DNA of 61,368 nucleotides, counting the filler, from Kipferlia bialata (Eukaryota), in NCBI GenBank assembly GCA_003568945.1. It is 3 parts of 3 records of this genome, joined end to end, with 100 filler letters (N's around TTAATTAATTAA, not from the genome) between each part and the next. Parts side by side here need not be neighbours in the genome. Positions count along the whole stretch, not along the records: positions 20,496 to 40,888 come from BDIP01000377.1; positions 40,989 to 61,368 come from BDIP01000378.1; 1 more part is not named here. One strand, given 5' to 3'. Positions 39,711 through 55,900 of the stretch are shown here, in pieces; position 1 is the first letter of the stretch; every line of letters begins with the position of its first letter. The notes below the pieces were generated by a model. The model was not told where the DNA came from and did no database searches. It worked only from the letters and a program-made list of their open reading frames with translations. A program made the translations under genes and the position numbers.

Positions 39711-40888
39711 ACAAATGGTGAGGTTGAGAACAAGAAACCAGTTGTGTACTCTTAATTGATTTGGTAGTATGATGTTGCCAAGTAGTATCCATACATTTGT
39801 AGCAAGGTCAGGGTAGGATACTCTGCCTAGTCAGAGCGTTAATAGATGGAAGGTGTAATATTATCTTTCGTCTGCCACTGTATGTCCCTCAATCACACTC
39901 GCATCGCTATTCATTGCTCTAGCACTAGTAGTACCAGTGGTGCTCCCATACCTGACGTGCTAGCACAGAATGTAGTGGCAGGGAAGGTATCAGTGTCTAC
40001 TGCATATCTGTATACCATAAATTTTACTGATACTGATACTGAGGCCTCTGTGCTAGCACAGAATGTAGTGTCAGCCAGGGCCTGTAAGGAGGGTGTATCT
40101 GAGTTGGGGTCTCTCAACCAAGTCTCCTGGTACCAGCTGTAGGGTCATGAGTAGAGATACATAGTGTGTGGAATAGAGTAGAGTCTACTGACTCACCTAC
40201 ACCCTTGTGCGTCTGGGCCAAAAACAGAGCTTCAAAGAATGGAACGTCTCTAGCACTGGAATAGGTGGATTGGCTCGCCTGGGTTAAAGACAGGTACTGA
40301 TACTCAAGGGGCAGGTAGAGTATGCTGTTATATGACTATGGTGAGGGTATTCTTGTCCGTGGCGGCGTATTGCGAGTGATGGAGGTTTGGAGTTACCTGA
40401 ACTCAGTACAGACTCGGAATATCTATACTTCTGCCCTTATCAACATTATAGGGGGTTCTGTGAGGTACTGGAGCTCTCTCTTCGCTCTATACTCGCTGTA
40501 GGGAGGTAGAGAGGAAGGAGAGTTCAGCGATATTCTACATTCTCTTTGACATATATTGAATCAGACGTATACATACCCATGATATGCCCATCATTGAATA
40601 CATATAGCTTACGTCACGATAGATACGTGTGTATACGTGTTGGATGTGTGTATCTAACCCTCCTCCTCCCCCCCCCCCCTCTGCTCTCTCAGCGGTGTGT
40701 GTCAATGTCAATGTGTGTGTATATATGTGTATGTATATGTGTATGTATATGTATATGCCTCTCAGAGGCCTATGTGCCACACACCACTCACTGTGTCTCA
40801 GCTGGTTTATACAGTATCCCCTGCATGTCACTCTGTATTTACGCCTGATACATGCCCCCCCCCCCCCCCCCACCCACAAAACTCTCAT

Positions 40889-40988
40889 NNNNNNNNNNNN
40901 NNNNNNNNNNNNNNNNNNNNNNNNNNNNNNNNTTAATTAATTAANNNNNNNNNNNNNNNNNNNNNNNNNNNNNNNNNNNNNNNNNNNN
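40889..40988. other. Artificial contig linker (N44-TTAATTAATTAA-N44)
   Basis: Same 100-nt block as 20396-20495. Confidence 0.95.
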
Positions 40989-41057
40989 CCCTCTAAAACC
41001 CCGGTGCCCAGCCCCCCCCCCCCCCCTTCCCCCCTTCCATATTCCTCCTCCCTACTC

Positions 41058-41088
<31 letters not shown>

Positions 41089-41201
41089 ACATATACTCTC
41101 TTACCCCCCCAGGACCTAGATGCCAAGTTCCCCCCCCCCCCCATCTCTCATACTCTGTCTCTCTCTCTCAATAGGTATATATATACCCTCTAACCCATCA
41201 G

Positions 41202-44200
41202 GACCTCGATGCCAAGTTCCCTGGCATTCCCTTCCTCACTGGTGAGGCACTGGGCAGGGTGCAGAGTGACGTCACTAGGTGTGTGTGTCACTCTATTGTG
41301 ATATAAAGTATATGTATATAGTATTCATGTGTATAAGCCTTCCTGACCTGTGAGTACATCACTGGGCAGGGTGGGGGCTGAAGTCACTCTGTAGTGTATT
41401 CTCGACCCTCTTCTACACACTTACCCCAAGGCTCGAGGCCTATGCCGCCCACCAGACCTCTGCCATAGAGACAGAGACAGACAGGGAGAGAGAGAGGGGG
41501 GTGGAGGGGCAGAGCATAGTGCCATACATGAGGATGAGGTTGGGGCTGGTGAGTATGTGTATATACAATTCATATATACTCAGTAACTGTGAATTTTATA
41601 CCCTGACCTCCTGGAGATTTCCGCAGTGCACCCACACCCTGTCTTCCGTACACACACGCAAACAGACGTCTATTGAAACATTCATATTCCTATATATACT
41701 GTGTGTATCTATGTAATCATCACATTGTCTTCCCTCTCACCCCAGTGCACCCATGTCCTGGACTCCATCCATACACAATCATACATATATATACATACAC
41801 AATCATATATATATATATATATATATATATTGTATTGAATATATATACTTCCCTCTCACCCCAGTGCACCCATGTCCTGGCCTCCATCCAGGCCAAGGTC
41901 AAGCATATCAGGTTCATATAGTGTAGTATATACACCATATATGTATATTATGTACTAAGTATGGTATATGCTGCTGTGTATGATATGTGTCCTGGCCTCC
42001 ATCCAGGCCAAGGTCAGGCACATCAGGTGGGTATATGTTTTAGATCTATCTATACTATTTACTATATACTTTGTGCAACATATCCCTTGTCCTCCATCCA
42101 GGCACATCAGGTGTAGTCAACCTATTATATCTCTAATACATATTTGTATATAATAGTATTGATGTATGTATTACTATTGTGTAGGATTCATAGATATGCT
42201 ATTCCCCCACCCCCAGGACAAAGCTATCTCGCAACGCACAGTTCCTGGGCATCCAGCCATCTCTGACAGGTATACTAGTGTGTGTCTATATTGTTGTCCC
42301 TCCTATATATGTAGAGTATCTATATAGTGTACATATACTTCTCTACCTCTCCCTCACCCCCAGGCAAGTCCTCCCCCCTCCCCCTCCTGTCCGAGGGTGA
42401 GAGAAGGGGCCTGAGGGAGATGCTATCGGGTGTGGCATCCGTCATACTATCGGCAGTCGAGATTGGCAGGTATAGTACATATGTATAAACTGGAAGTGTA
42501 CTCTCTATGTACAACTAACCCCTAGGTTTGTGAGATCTGAGCTGGACTCCAAGGCCGAAGAATATATACATAATGTGAATTTACTGTCATGTATACACGT
42601 ATCCTATCCATATATTGCTAACCCCTAGGTTTGTGAGATCTGAGCTTGACTCCAAGGCCGGCCCCATGTACCTGCCCAGGCCCCTAGAGAGTGAGGGAGA
42701 GGGAGAGGGAGAGAGAGGTGCCTACAGAGGTGCTGCCTCACCAACCGTCACCAGTCGTGACACCCCTACCCCCACCCCCACCCCTACCCACCCCCTTCGG
42801 ATGTACACCTCTGCCCCCCTACCCCCCTCTGTCGTGATAGGTGCAGTGCCAGAGGGTGCTAGACTCAGGGGAGTGGAGGGAGGGAGGGTGCTGGTGACGG
42901 GGGGGAGGGGGAGTGGCAAGACAACGCAGCTCGCAGGTACGTGGCTAGATATGGATATATCTTTGTTTCATTTTTCTATGTGTGTTTCCTGTCGCGGTAT
43001 CCTGCCTTTATGTCCATATGTCTCTCTCCACCTGTCTGCTAACGTCAGCCCTCTGTGCCTCCTGTGACACCCCCACCTTCTGGGTCAACGCACCAGTGGA
43101 CACAGGTACTGGAATAGTATGTACATGTATTGAATGCACCACACCTCTGTCACTTCAGGTGCCCCCCTCTCTGGTGCCAGGGAGGCTGAATGTAGACTAT
43201 ATATATAGCAGATACAGTATATATTCATGTAGTATATAGTTATATACCTCCTTACCCCAGGTGCCCCTCTCTCTGGTGCTAGGGAGGCACAGTGGGACGT
43301 CATACTGAGGTGGGTATATATGTATTTGTAGTGTTTGTGTATTTGTATACTATATGTATACCCCATCCCACACTCACCCCAGACAGCTCTGTGTTGATGT
43401 CATTCTGACCACCCATGCCTCTGATATATATGTATATGTGTGTACCGAATTATATATTAATGTATTCAATATATAGTACACTATACTTTCCACCTCTCCC
43501 TTATTCCTAGGCAGCTGTGTGTTGATGTCCTCCTGGCCACCCATACCTCCGATATGGACAAGGCCCTTGAGATGCTCAAGGGGGTGTTCAATGCCGATAC
43601 AGGTATGTATGTAGTATGGTATATATATAGTGTATTATATAGGTAGACATACTAGTATATGTATATATATATATATACTCAAGGGGGTGTTCAACACTGA
43701 TACAGGTATGGGTATTTGTTGCGTGTATATATACCTGGGCCCATCTCACCCTGACCACATTCTCTCTCTATATTTGAGTATATATGGATATTCCACTCAC
43801 TCACATCTAGAGCCACAACTACTCTCTCCCCCCCCTCTCTCTTTATACTAGTGACTAACATCTAGACCCCACGTGCCTAGGCCCCTCCCCCCCCACCTCC
43901 CCCTCTGCCATCTGTGGAGTCATACAGGATGCCCTGGCACAGTGGGAGGGTGACTGTACACTGGTGGTGGAGGATGTGGTGAGAAGGTATATATATATAT
44001 TACATATATATATATCATATATCATATGCATATTCATAGTGCACTGGCACAGTGGGAGGGAGAGTGTGTGTTGGTGGTGGAGGATGTGGTCAGAAGGTAT
44101 GGTACATTTGGGTATTGTATAGTTTAGTGATATACATGCACATAGTATCTTTGTATTATTATAGTGTATGTATTGTATATGTATACATATACTGACACCC

Positions 44201-46765
44201 AGCGACGTCTCTGTCCTCTCCCTCCTGTCCCACTCCTTTGGCACCCACAGAGTGTATGCCTCCCTCTCACACTCTGTGTCTGTGGGTGAGGCAGAGGCAG
44301 AGGTGTTCCCGTGCTATGTGACTGTACCTGTATCCACACTAGATGGAGAGCAGAGGGCAAGGCTGGTGGAGACATACGGAGGTGGGTACATCAGAATATG
44401 ACTCTCTCTTTCTCTCCCTCTACACATATGATACTGAGTGAGTACCGACCCGAGTCCCTGCCTGACTCATTCACTCTCTCTCTCTCTCTCACTCTCTCTC
44501 TCCTATATCTATGACACCAGGCCCCCCCTCCCTGTCCAAGTCCATGCCTGACTCCACTCCAGGGGCACTGGCACTGGCATGTGTCACGCAGGGGGATGAA
44601 GGTATTGGTTGTGTATATACATATGTAGCATATATAGTATATATATAGTATATATGAAGGCATGCATCTCTGGAGCACTGTCATGTGTCACAGAGGGGGA
44701 TAGAAGTGTGTGTTTGACCCCTATATGTATGTATGCATGTCTCACCCCAGCATCCCTCCCCCCGGTGTCTTCTCCATCATGTGTATAATATATATAGCAT
44801 ATGACACTGTGTTTGTATGACAGTATATATTGGATACATCACATGTATGTATTTACATATCTCATCACAGCCTCCCTCCCCCCCGGTGTCCCCTCCATTC
44901 TGTCCCTGCTGTCGTCTCTATCCCCCCTGGGTGCATCAGTCTCAGTCACGCAGTGCATGCACGTGTGCCTGGCATTGTTAGCCAAGAGAGGGCCAAGGTA
45001 TGTTATATATATATACACATATGATTATATAGAGAATGGTATGTGTCTGCTACGCAGTGCATGCAGTGCATGCATGTGTGCCAAGCTCTACTGGCTAAGA
45101 GGGGTCCTAGGTATATTGTATATTCTTACTCAGATATAGACATGTATACACTATGTCCCATGTCTATTCTCTCTGACCCCAGCGACAGACACTACCCTGT
45201 GACTGATATAGATAAAGATGAACATATTTGTAATATACTCTATCGCACTATGTAAATACTCTACCTTCATCTCACCCCCTAGGGACAGACACCACCCTGT
45301 GACTGAGTTACAGGCCACACTCATGGACATCGAGACATTGATGAGGTATTATATAGAGTATATAGTAGTATAGTGTACATGTACATGTGTATATAGTATG
45401 TATAGTATGCTGTGTTATGTATCGTATGGGTTACAGGCCACACTCATGGACATCGAGACATTGATGAGGTATAATATATACTCAATATGTATATATACTC
45501 AGATGGGCTCACACTGGTGGACATCTAGACATTGATGAGGTGTGTGTATAGTATATACTCATAACATATACTGTATTATCCATATAGTACATTGTATACC
45601 AACTCCACTTGATGTACATGGAGTGTCTGGTGTTCATGTGTGTCTCTATTGAGAATATCACGTATTATTAGATATTAATTCTAATATTGAGTATACTAAT
45701 GTTGAGAACTGGCATTCTTTCACCTCCCGACGCGACCCTCCCCTCCTATATTGATAGACATACACACACACATTCATGTATGAATATATATCTGATATAC
45801 ACTCAATCTGACTCCCAGCCCCGACCCGTCCCTCCCCTCCCCCTCTGTGCATCAGGATGACATGGGGTACAGGCCCAGGGAGGCACTTAGCCTGTCCCTG
45901 GCACCCATGGTATGTATATATACTATATATATACATATATTCCTATGTATACATTCATATATATACATATGCCTTTATGAAATCGGGTACAGACCCAGGG
46001 AGTCACTGTCTCAGACTCCAATGGTATCTATATGTATCTATATGTATACATACTCCCGTGTCATTACCGCCCCCTCCACCCCCAGGTCTCTGTGCGCAGC
46101 GTGTCCTCCCCCTTCGCCCTCTCTCTCTCCCTCTCCTCTGCACCCTCTGTATCCATGGCCAGACAGTGCATGACTGTCAATGGACTGGCCAGAGAGATAG
46201 TGGCACAGACAGTGGGAGAGGAAGGTAGGCTGACGCTCTCTATTTAGGGGCATACACACACATATATATATACAGTGCATGTTAGTGAAGGGACAGACAG
46301 TAGAGGAGGAGGGTACGGTATATATATTAGTGTACATATGGATGATGAGAGAGAAGAAGGCACACACTGTTGGAGATTAAGGTGTGTATTGTGAGTGTAA
46401 GCATACACCTATAATGATGTGTATAATATATACCATTTGTATACTGCATATACAATGTCAATCTCACCCCCCAGAGTCCACCAGGCACTCCACCCTGTGC
46501 CACACCATATATATGAATATATACAGTGTATAGTATATAGTGTACAGTGTATAGTGTTGACTGTATCAATCTCACCCCCCAGAGTCCACCAGACACTCCA
46601 CCCTGTGCCACACCATCCTGACAGGGTGTCAGTACATGGCTCAGGCAGCAGGGTGCATTGTAGAGAGGTACCTATATATTATTTTATACATATTTATATA
46701 TATGTACTGACTGGGTGTCAGTACATGGCTCAGGCAGCAGGAGCTATAGTGGAGAGGTATGTATG

Positions 46766-46811
<46 letters not shown>

Positions 46812-46959
46812 TGTCAGTACATGGCACAGGCAGCTGGCACAATTGTAGATAGGTACAGATATATATACAGATATATATATATGCATATACATATATATAC
46901 TGACAGGGTGTCAGTACATGGCACAGGCAGCAGGGACTATAGTGGAGAGGTATGTAGTG

Positions 46960-46990
<31 letters not shown>

Positions 46991-49900
46991 GAAGAGGTGG
47001 ATGGATGTCAGTACGTTGCACAGGCAGCTGGGTGCATTGTAGATAGGTATGGATATATCGTGTAGTGTGCTCTATATATACTCTCCTCGTCACCCACTGC
47101 CCCTAGTCTGGCATTAGTATTCTATTGATATACCTATACCTATATATGTATTATATAGAGTATCACCTTTGAATTCATATCACTAATACACTCAATATGC
47201 CCCTTACCCCCAGTGCCCCCACCGTGACCTCTGTCCTCTGTACACTCCACACAGCACAGGCAGTACACACAGGGTATGGATAGTGATTATATATAGTGCA
47301 TAATGTATATGGTATATATGTATATATATATATCTATGTAATATATGATCATGGACTCCACACAGCACAGGCAGTACACACAGGGTATGGATGTATGGAT
47401 ATAGATATAGTGCATACAGTGTATATATAGTATATATAGTATACAATGAGGATATACACTCCACACGGCACAGGCAGTGCACACAGGGTGAGTGTAGAGA
47501 CATTAGTATTGTATATATATATGGTATATATGTATATATATCTGTATATACATATTAGATATACACTCCACACAGCACAGGCAGTCCACACAGGGTATGA
47601 GAGTATAGTATATGAGTTTTTGCTATTATGTGTGTCAGCACAGGCAGTACACACATGGTGAGTGGATGCCATGGCTCTCTCCTAGAGTATATAGTATAAT
47701 AACGCACACATGTACAACACATATATCCGTACTATACCCCTCACCCCCCAGTTGCTCCAAGTTCCTGCGCCCCCCTGCCTCCTCTGCCTCTGTCTCCCAC
47801 CCTGTCCTGTCCCCTGTGGTGGCACTCCCCTGGCCCAGTGCCATGGACATAGTGCCCTTTACTAGGTATCATATACATTGATATATATAAGGCATATAGT
47901 ATACATAATGTATATGGTATATATAGTATCTATAGTTGTGGCACTCCCCTGGCCCAGTGNNNNNNNATATGGTATATATAGTATCTATAGTTGTGGCACT
48001 CCCCTGGCCCAGTGCCATGGACGTAGTGCATATTCACAAGGTGTGTAAGTGTGGATATATATATTCTAATTCACATTGTATATACTGCATAGTATGTGTA
48101 CATTGATGACACTACCATGGCCGTAGTGCCCTATACTAATAGATAGTCTGTTTCATAGATATATGTGTCACATATCTGTCCCTAACCCCAGACACTCTGT
48201 GACCCCTGAGGGTGTGTGCCTTCCCTCCCTGGAAGTGTGTGGACCAACACTCTACAGGTATATATATATGTGTTATATACAGTACATCTTACGTGTATAG
48301 ATACACTCCCCCCCTCCCTGTGTGTGGACTCCCTCTAGGCTGTACGTGTGTCTATATGCGCATATATACCTGTATACTCTACCCCAGGAACACCCCATCT
48401 TCTGCTGATGAGAGAGGATGTGTATATACAGTGCCTATACCTATATTATATACCAGAACTGTAATTCCTATGAACTCTACCTTAACCCCCCAGGAACACC
48501 CCCTCTCTCGTGCTCATGAGAGTATACAGATATACATTCGGAAACGTAAATTCATGTGTATAGAGTACAGTACTAACTCTAGGAACACCCTGTCCCTAGT
48601 GCTCATGAGAGTATACACATACATATATTCATATATAGGAGACACAATGTTTATTTATATATACACAATAGTACTACATGTTTCTCACCTCTTAGGAACA
48701 CCCTCTCTCTCGTGCTCATGAGAGAGGTGGAGAGACAGAGGGCGGTGGAGAACACGTGGAAGAGCAGGTATGGATTGATATGTGTGCATAGGGTGTACTC
48801 TCTCTCTATATATATACATATATTGCGGTGGGCAACACGTGGAAGAGCAGATATGGATTGATATGTACATAAGATAGTACTCTCTCTCTATTTGTATACA
48901 CATATACCTGTATATATATATTTATACTCACCTCCCAGGATGCCCCCCCTGTCTACACCCCCTCCCCTCCCCCTCCCCCTGCCCGACTCTGGTGTCACTC
49001 TGCCCATGCACCACATGCACACAGCTGTGTATGCTGGACTGGAGATAGCCAATAGGTATAATATAGTATCATATATATATACAGTATAGTATATGTTTGT
49101 TATACCTTGCCCATGCACCACATGCACCATGCGGTGTATGCTGCACTGGAGACAGCTAACAGGTATAATTTAGTATAGATACACCATATAGTGAATATGG
49201 TATATATACGTAATACCCTGCCCCTGTACTACGTGCACAAGGCGGTTGACAGTGCACTAGAGACAGCCAATAGGTATATACATACAGAAATGAACACACA
49301 CATATATATGAAATGCATAGTATATATAGTACATATAGTATATTTATGTACTGCCCATGCACAAGGCAGTGAACTGGAGACTCACAACAGGTATATATCA
49401 TTACCACGTGTGTCTTTCAGTGTATATGTCTCTACCCCCAGCCTCCTCGACCCCACCCGTCCCTTAGTGTATATATATGGATGAGTATATAAAGTATATA
49501 AATGTGTAGTATAGTGTATGTCTACAGTGTGTGTGTCCTCACCCCCAGCCTCCTCGACCCCACCCGTCCCCCCTCGGTGACACTGCTGCAGACACTGGTG
49601 GAGCTAGGTATGTATGAATGTATATATAAGAGTATATATGATCATCTCTATTTGTATGCAGATGTATGTATATCTACATGCTGGATATGAGCAGAGTGTG
49701 AATAGTGCACATACACATACCCATGAGAGTGTTTTGTGGACTTATCCCATGACCATCTCTCTCCCGTATCTATCTCTCCCTCCCCTCTCTGACAGTAGGC
49801 TATGCCCACCTGTCTGTGTGTCTGTCCCACACTAGTGATGAGACAGGGTCTGACATGCACAAGGTATAGGGTATATATACTATATATGCGTGAATGCATA

Positions 49901-52900
49901 TGTATTTATTAGTATATAGTGGTGGATATATGTATATATGTGGTATCTAACCCCTAGACCAGCCTGTGCCTTGCCTCCTGTGACATGGTTGTACTCTAGT
50001 ATATATGTATACAGTGTATATATAACATAAAGAGTGTTATTAGTGTTTATGTATCTCTCTTACACCAGACCAGCCTGTGCCTTGCCTCGTGTGCCATGTC
50101 TGTGTGCATGAGGGTGCTGGAGATGGACACAGCCAACAGGTATATACAGCATAATACAGTGTGAAGTGTATATATGTATGTATAGGTACTATACCACAGC
50201 TGATGATGGACACTGCTGACAGGAGTATATTGTGTATAGAATATGGAGTACGTATTTACACGAAACTGTAGCCTCTTCCTTTCCCCAGGATACTCTCTAC
50301 TCCCCTTTCCCAAGTTTGTAGCATACACTATTATATATATTTCTATATACATATAGATAGATTCTCTCCCTTACTCCAGGACCCTGCCCTTCCCCTCCAA
50401 GGCTGACAAGGATACATCCTCCTCCAACACTGTAGGCAGAGCAAGGAATGTGCAGAGAGCAGTTAGGGAGGTAGGACGTACTACAGTACAAATATCACAT
50501 ATATATGAATGTATATATATATATATATATATGAGGGAGGTGGGGGACACTGTAGTGGTGGTCTTTCTGTACACATAATGCACTGTGTGTATGTCTCTAT
50601 GTCTACAATAGATCTCACCCCCCAGCGCTCTGTCGAGATCAGATACGGCATGGGTCTGTGCCTCATGTTGCAACACCCTGGCACTGTCTCTCCCAAGCTG
50701 GCAGAGATCATGCACCGGTGCCACAAGGGTATGGAGGGACATACATGTATCCATGTCTTTGCACGTCCACATACACATTGTGTATAGACTATATGTTTTG
50801 TCTATCCAATATTTACCCCCCCCCCCTCACCCTCCAGACATGGACTCCAAGGGCGGGGCCTCTCTCAAGGCACAGCCATTCAAGGTACATATATATACTC
50901 AGTAGTGTATATACGTATATATATTATTATTATCAAGGCACAGCCATTCAAGGTGGGTGATGGTCACTGTATACTATGTGTACTACATATTCATGCACTC
51001 TCACGTACATCTATCTGTATGTGTTTCCCTATACAACTTTACTCCAGCTTGCTGGACTGTATACTGTATATACCTGTATATACTCATACTCTCTCTACTG
51101 TCTACAATACCATATAGAGTCTTACCCCCCAGCTTGCCGGTCTGCAGAGGACTGTCCTTGACATGCTCATGCACTCGGTGCTAGGTATGGGTATACATAT
51201 TGTGGATATAATTATATATGTATATGCATTATGGTGAATAGTATACACGACTGTGCTCGACATACACTCGGTGCTAGGTGGGTGTATGTATGCATATAGA
51301 TTATATTTGTATATACACATCTCCCCCTCACCACAGACATGGGCCCTGCCCCCTGCACCCCCAGGGCAGACATGGACGCAGCTCTCAGTGCACTCAGGTA
51401 TACTTATATATATATATGTATATATGATATATTCATTCATATGCGTATATTCACTATTCGTGTATACACCAATGATGTATGAGTAGACGCAGCACTCAGT
51501 GCACTCATCTGGGTATCTGCTCATATATATATGTGTGTATATACCATTACCGCGGCACTCAGTGTTCTTAATCCTTCGAGTCTATATAGACGCGGATACA
51601 GTTCACAGTGTCATATAGACCTTTGTATTACATTTACCCCCAGGCGTCTGTATGCGGTGCACTCCCTAGCTCAGTCAGAGGCAGAGGGAGAGGCAGGGGC
51701 GGTACATGCTCCAAGGTGGGTCTAAATGGATACGTAGTATATATATATGTATCCACCCATACACGTACCCTCATCCCAGGCACTCACCCCTACTCCTCGA
51801 GCACCTGTCCCCTGTATCAGAGGATGGTGAGGAGGGAGAGGAGACAGACCCCCTGGCAGAGAGGTGTGATGCACTCAGAACACTGGCTCAGACAGCAGGT
51901 ATGGGGTGTATACACTGTCTATACTGCATGATCACATTATAATTCACATTAACTCTCACCCCCTGTGTATTATTTAGTGATACATGAAATTTATATATAT
52001 ATCCATGATATAGTCTCTCTCTCACCCCAGTCACAGTCAATGTGACCCTGTCCCACACCCACCCAGACCAGCCCTGCATAGTGCACGGGGTGGCACACGG
52101 GCTAGGTACAGTCTGGATAGTATATATAGTATATATTAGTGTATATGATAGTGTTGATTAATATATTGTGTATGTGTCTAGTGTATTGTGTATATACTAG
52201 CCATGTATAGTGCACGTGCTAGGTATGTGTGTTCATTGAGTGTTTAGTGCATGTATAGGGTATGCGTCTATGCACACACTCACCCCCAGCCTCTGACATT
52301 TTGGCCAAGTGCATCATGTACTATATGTACATACTATATATACTATATTTCATATGTTTTTGTATATCCACTCATATCAGCCTCTGACATCACTGCCAAG
52401 TGCATCCTATCCCTTAGGGCCGGTGTCAGATCACCTGAGACAACCAGAGACGTGTCTAGGGTGCTGCACTTTGGGGATGTCATCAGAAGGTATACCTATA
52501 TAAGACACACGGATAGATGATATGGAATTGATACCTGCCTCACCCCCAGATGCGCTTCCTCCATAGGCGAGACCGGCCTCTCCGCCCCCTCCCTCCCCTC
52601 CCTCACCCTGTCCCTATCTAGTGACATGCTGCAGACAGCACTGGAGAGAGGGATGATACCGGTGGATCTGAAGGTATATAGATAGTATATATATAGATAC
52701 ACATATATATACATGTTACAGATAGTACTGGAGGCGGAGGCGAAGGAATGATACCCATGGACTTGAAGGTATAGTATAGACATAGGTTTAAGACCTTATT
52801 GTCGATATTCCTATATTCAATGGATCAATCTATATCATTGTGTCACTGACCTCAGTCTCCGAGGTCCTTTTCTGAGGATACTCTCCATCATATATATATA

Positions 52901-55900
52901 TATTAATATATACTTATTGTGTTGGGGTCGTAGTCTCTGCGTGTATATGTGTGATCCCAACCATCAGTCCGAGGTGCTAGGCCTCAGGATGCTCTCCTGC
53001 ATACTGTCTCCCTCTGTGCCAGGGTGTGCATCCATCATGGGGTCAGTGGCACAGGCATCTGTGGAGGGTATGTATATACAGTGTATAAATATATGTCCTA
53101 TATACTATATAGTATATATTGTGTATTAGTGTATGGCCCAGGGTGTGCATCGGTCATGGGGTCAGTGGCACAGGCATCGGTGGAAGGTATGATAAATCAT
53201 ATTCTATGTGCACACATACACAATGCACCAATCACAGACTGTGCGTCCATCCTCACAGTATAGTGTATATACAACCATGTCTGCATATGTTGGTCTGTAT
53301 ATTCAATTTTATATGTATATACTAATTCCCAGCCTGTGCCTCCCTGCTGTCTGGCATGCTAGACACCACCCCCTGTATATATAGTGTTATATATATGTAT
53401 ATATGTCTGGCATGCTAGACACCACCCCCTGCCCCACCCTTGGAGACTCACTGGTCATAGACACACCCCTGGACCTGGGCAGGCACCTCTCACAGTGCAT
53501 GGGTACTACCACATCTGCACCATCTAGACTGTCTAGGCCTGATGGTATGTCCCTAGTCAGTGCACTGACCCATGTGCACATACCAGAGGGGGACCTGCAG
53601 GCACTGTGTGCTATGCTGGAGAGGTACTAGTTCATAATTATATGAATATTCTGTATATATACTGTATATATGAATATACATTATATGAATATACTATATA
53701 TATATATATATACGTAATGTCCCTTGTATGTCAGTCTGGGGTGGTGAGTGGCATATTGCATAGAGTATATATATTATACATTGTATAGTATAGTATAGGT
53801 GGTATAAGGTATATATGTAGTATGTGTGTATAGTGAGGCATCATGGCCTTTGTGTATCAGTCTGGAGTGGTGACTGGCTGCAAATGCTTATAGACTGCAC
53901 ATACTTATACACTCACACCTCCAGGTCCGACCCCCGCGTTGCTGTCTCCCTCTGTCTCTCCCACCTGCCCAGTGACAGAGAGACAGAGGCAGAGGCAGAG
54001 GGGGAGAGTGCCTGTATCCGTGCCCTATCATCTGCTCTGGATAGGTGCAGGGAGGGGGGGTATGCTATGCTAGGTACGGTATTGTATATAGTGGCATATG
54101 GTATGTATACATAGTGTATCTTAGCCATGCCCCCTAAATCCCCTGTTCACCCAGGCCACCTGCTCTTCGTGTCCGCTGGCGTCTCTCTCTCTCTCTCTCT
54201 CTCTGTATATATATGTATACTCTAATACAAGGCCACTCCCTACTCTCCATGTTCTCCGCTATCCCTCTCTTTATCCATCTTTCTCTCTCTCTCTCTCATA
54301 TGCCAGGCCACTCCCTCCTTACCATGTCCTCTGAGCCCATCTTAGTCAGACACCCATCCATTCTGTGCAAGGGGGCACTCATAGCCAGTCACCCAGTCCC
54401 AAGGTGTGTATGTATATATACATGTATAACCATCAATATGGATATATTACTTAGTACTGGTATTGTTTCATACTCCACAAGGGGGCACTCATAGCCAGTC
54501 ACCCGGTGCCTAGGTATAGTTTACTATGAGTGGTATATGTATGTGTGTATATACCCTTATCTTAGGTGTCTCCTGGCCCATGCTGCAGGTGTATTATATG
54601 TTATGTGTGTATATAGTATTGCATATATATAGATTACTACACATTTAGGTGTACAATAACTCCAGGTGCCTTCTGGCCCATGCTGCAGGGGTGGCACACG
54701 CCATGCACAGACAGACAGGGGAGGGTATGTTACCAGTTACTAATGTGTATGCATATACATAAGTTCTCTATCTTGAGTATACATACTCATACGTATTGTC
54801 ACGTACATATGCGTATATGGCTCCAGTACTTGTAGGGTGTATAGTGTATGTTCAAGTGTTTACTGGAGTATGTATATCCCCACCCAGTCTCCCCACCTCT
54901 CCCTGTCTCTGTCATGCTCTAACATAGCTTATAGCTTAGTATAAACATACTCAGTATACATATACGTGTCTACCTCCTAACCCTCTCAGCCCACATATCC
55001 CTGTCTCTATCCTGCTCTGACATAGCTCATAGCTTAGTACACACATAGTATACATATACCTGTCTACCCCTTTACCTCCAGCCCACCTCTCCCTGTCTCT
55101 GTCATGCTCTGCTGCCCTGGAGGCACAGACCCAGGCAGGGGGGGACACGGCTAGCCACATGGTGAGTGCATGTATATATATATATATATACATGTATATA
55201 CACACGCACACACACACACACATATATATATAGAGAGAGAGAGAGTGATACATATGTACAGACCCAGGCAGGGGGGGACACGGCTAGTCACATGGTATGT
55301 GCATACATGTATACACATGTTTATATACAAATATAGACACATACACACATATATATATACATATGTACAGACGGGGGGGACACCGCCAGCCACGTGTAGC
55401 CTGTATGTATATGCTCTGTATGTATATGCTATGCATCCTCATTCTCTCTCTCTCTCTCTGTATAGGTGTATATATAGGTGTATATATACCCCATCCTCAC
55501 CCAGGGTGCATTGTCGGCCTACGCTACCCTCGATGACCATTCTCTCTCTCTCTCTCTCTCCTCATATCAGTGTGCCCTCTCCGCCTACACTGCCTTCCAT
55601 GGCCTGTGCATGAGGGTGTCTATATATATATACTATGCGGCCTGTGCATGAGGGTATGCATCAGTATGGACAAGAGTGACACAGAGAGAGAGACATACCT
55701 AGGCCAGGCCAAGTGGGCACATGAACACCTGGTCGAGACGAGACAGGTGAAGTATGTGTCTATCATACTGTACTTTCATCCCCCCACCCCAGACCCTGCT
55801 GACCCCCTCCCCCTCCCTGCACCCCTTACTCGGGTGCGTGTCTGCCCAGTACTCCAACACACTCACGGACAAGACCAGGGGGATCAAGGGTACGGGTTGT

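Noticed and set aside
39911..40830. Exon-like segments on both strands (minus ~40197-40277; plus ATG at 40379, MEVWSYLNSVQTRNIY...)
   Set aside because: No consistent multi-exon model or homology could be built before the linker.
41202..41450. PX-like hint (DLDAKFPGIPFL...RLEAY) at the start of the FYVE gene
   Set aside because: The similarity is too short and the upstream exons are missing.
47912..48014. Exact repeat of a shadow either side of the 7-N gap at 47960-47966
   Set aside because: Identical flanks around a tiny gap indicate an unmerged contig overlap. It is not counted as biological, and it cautions that some identical copies may be artefacts.
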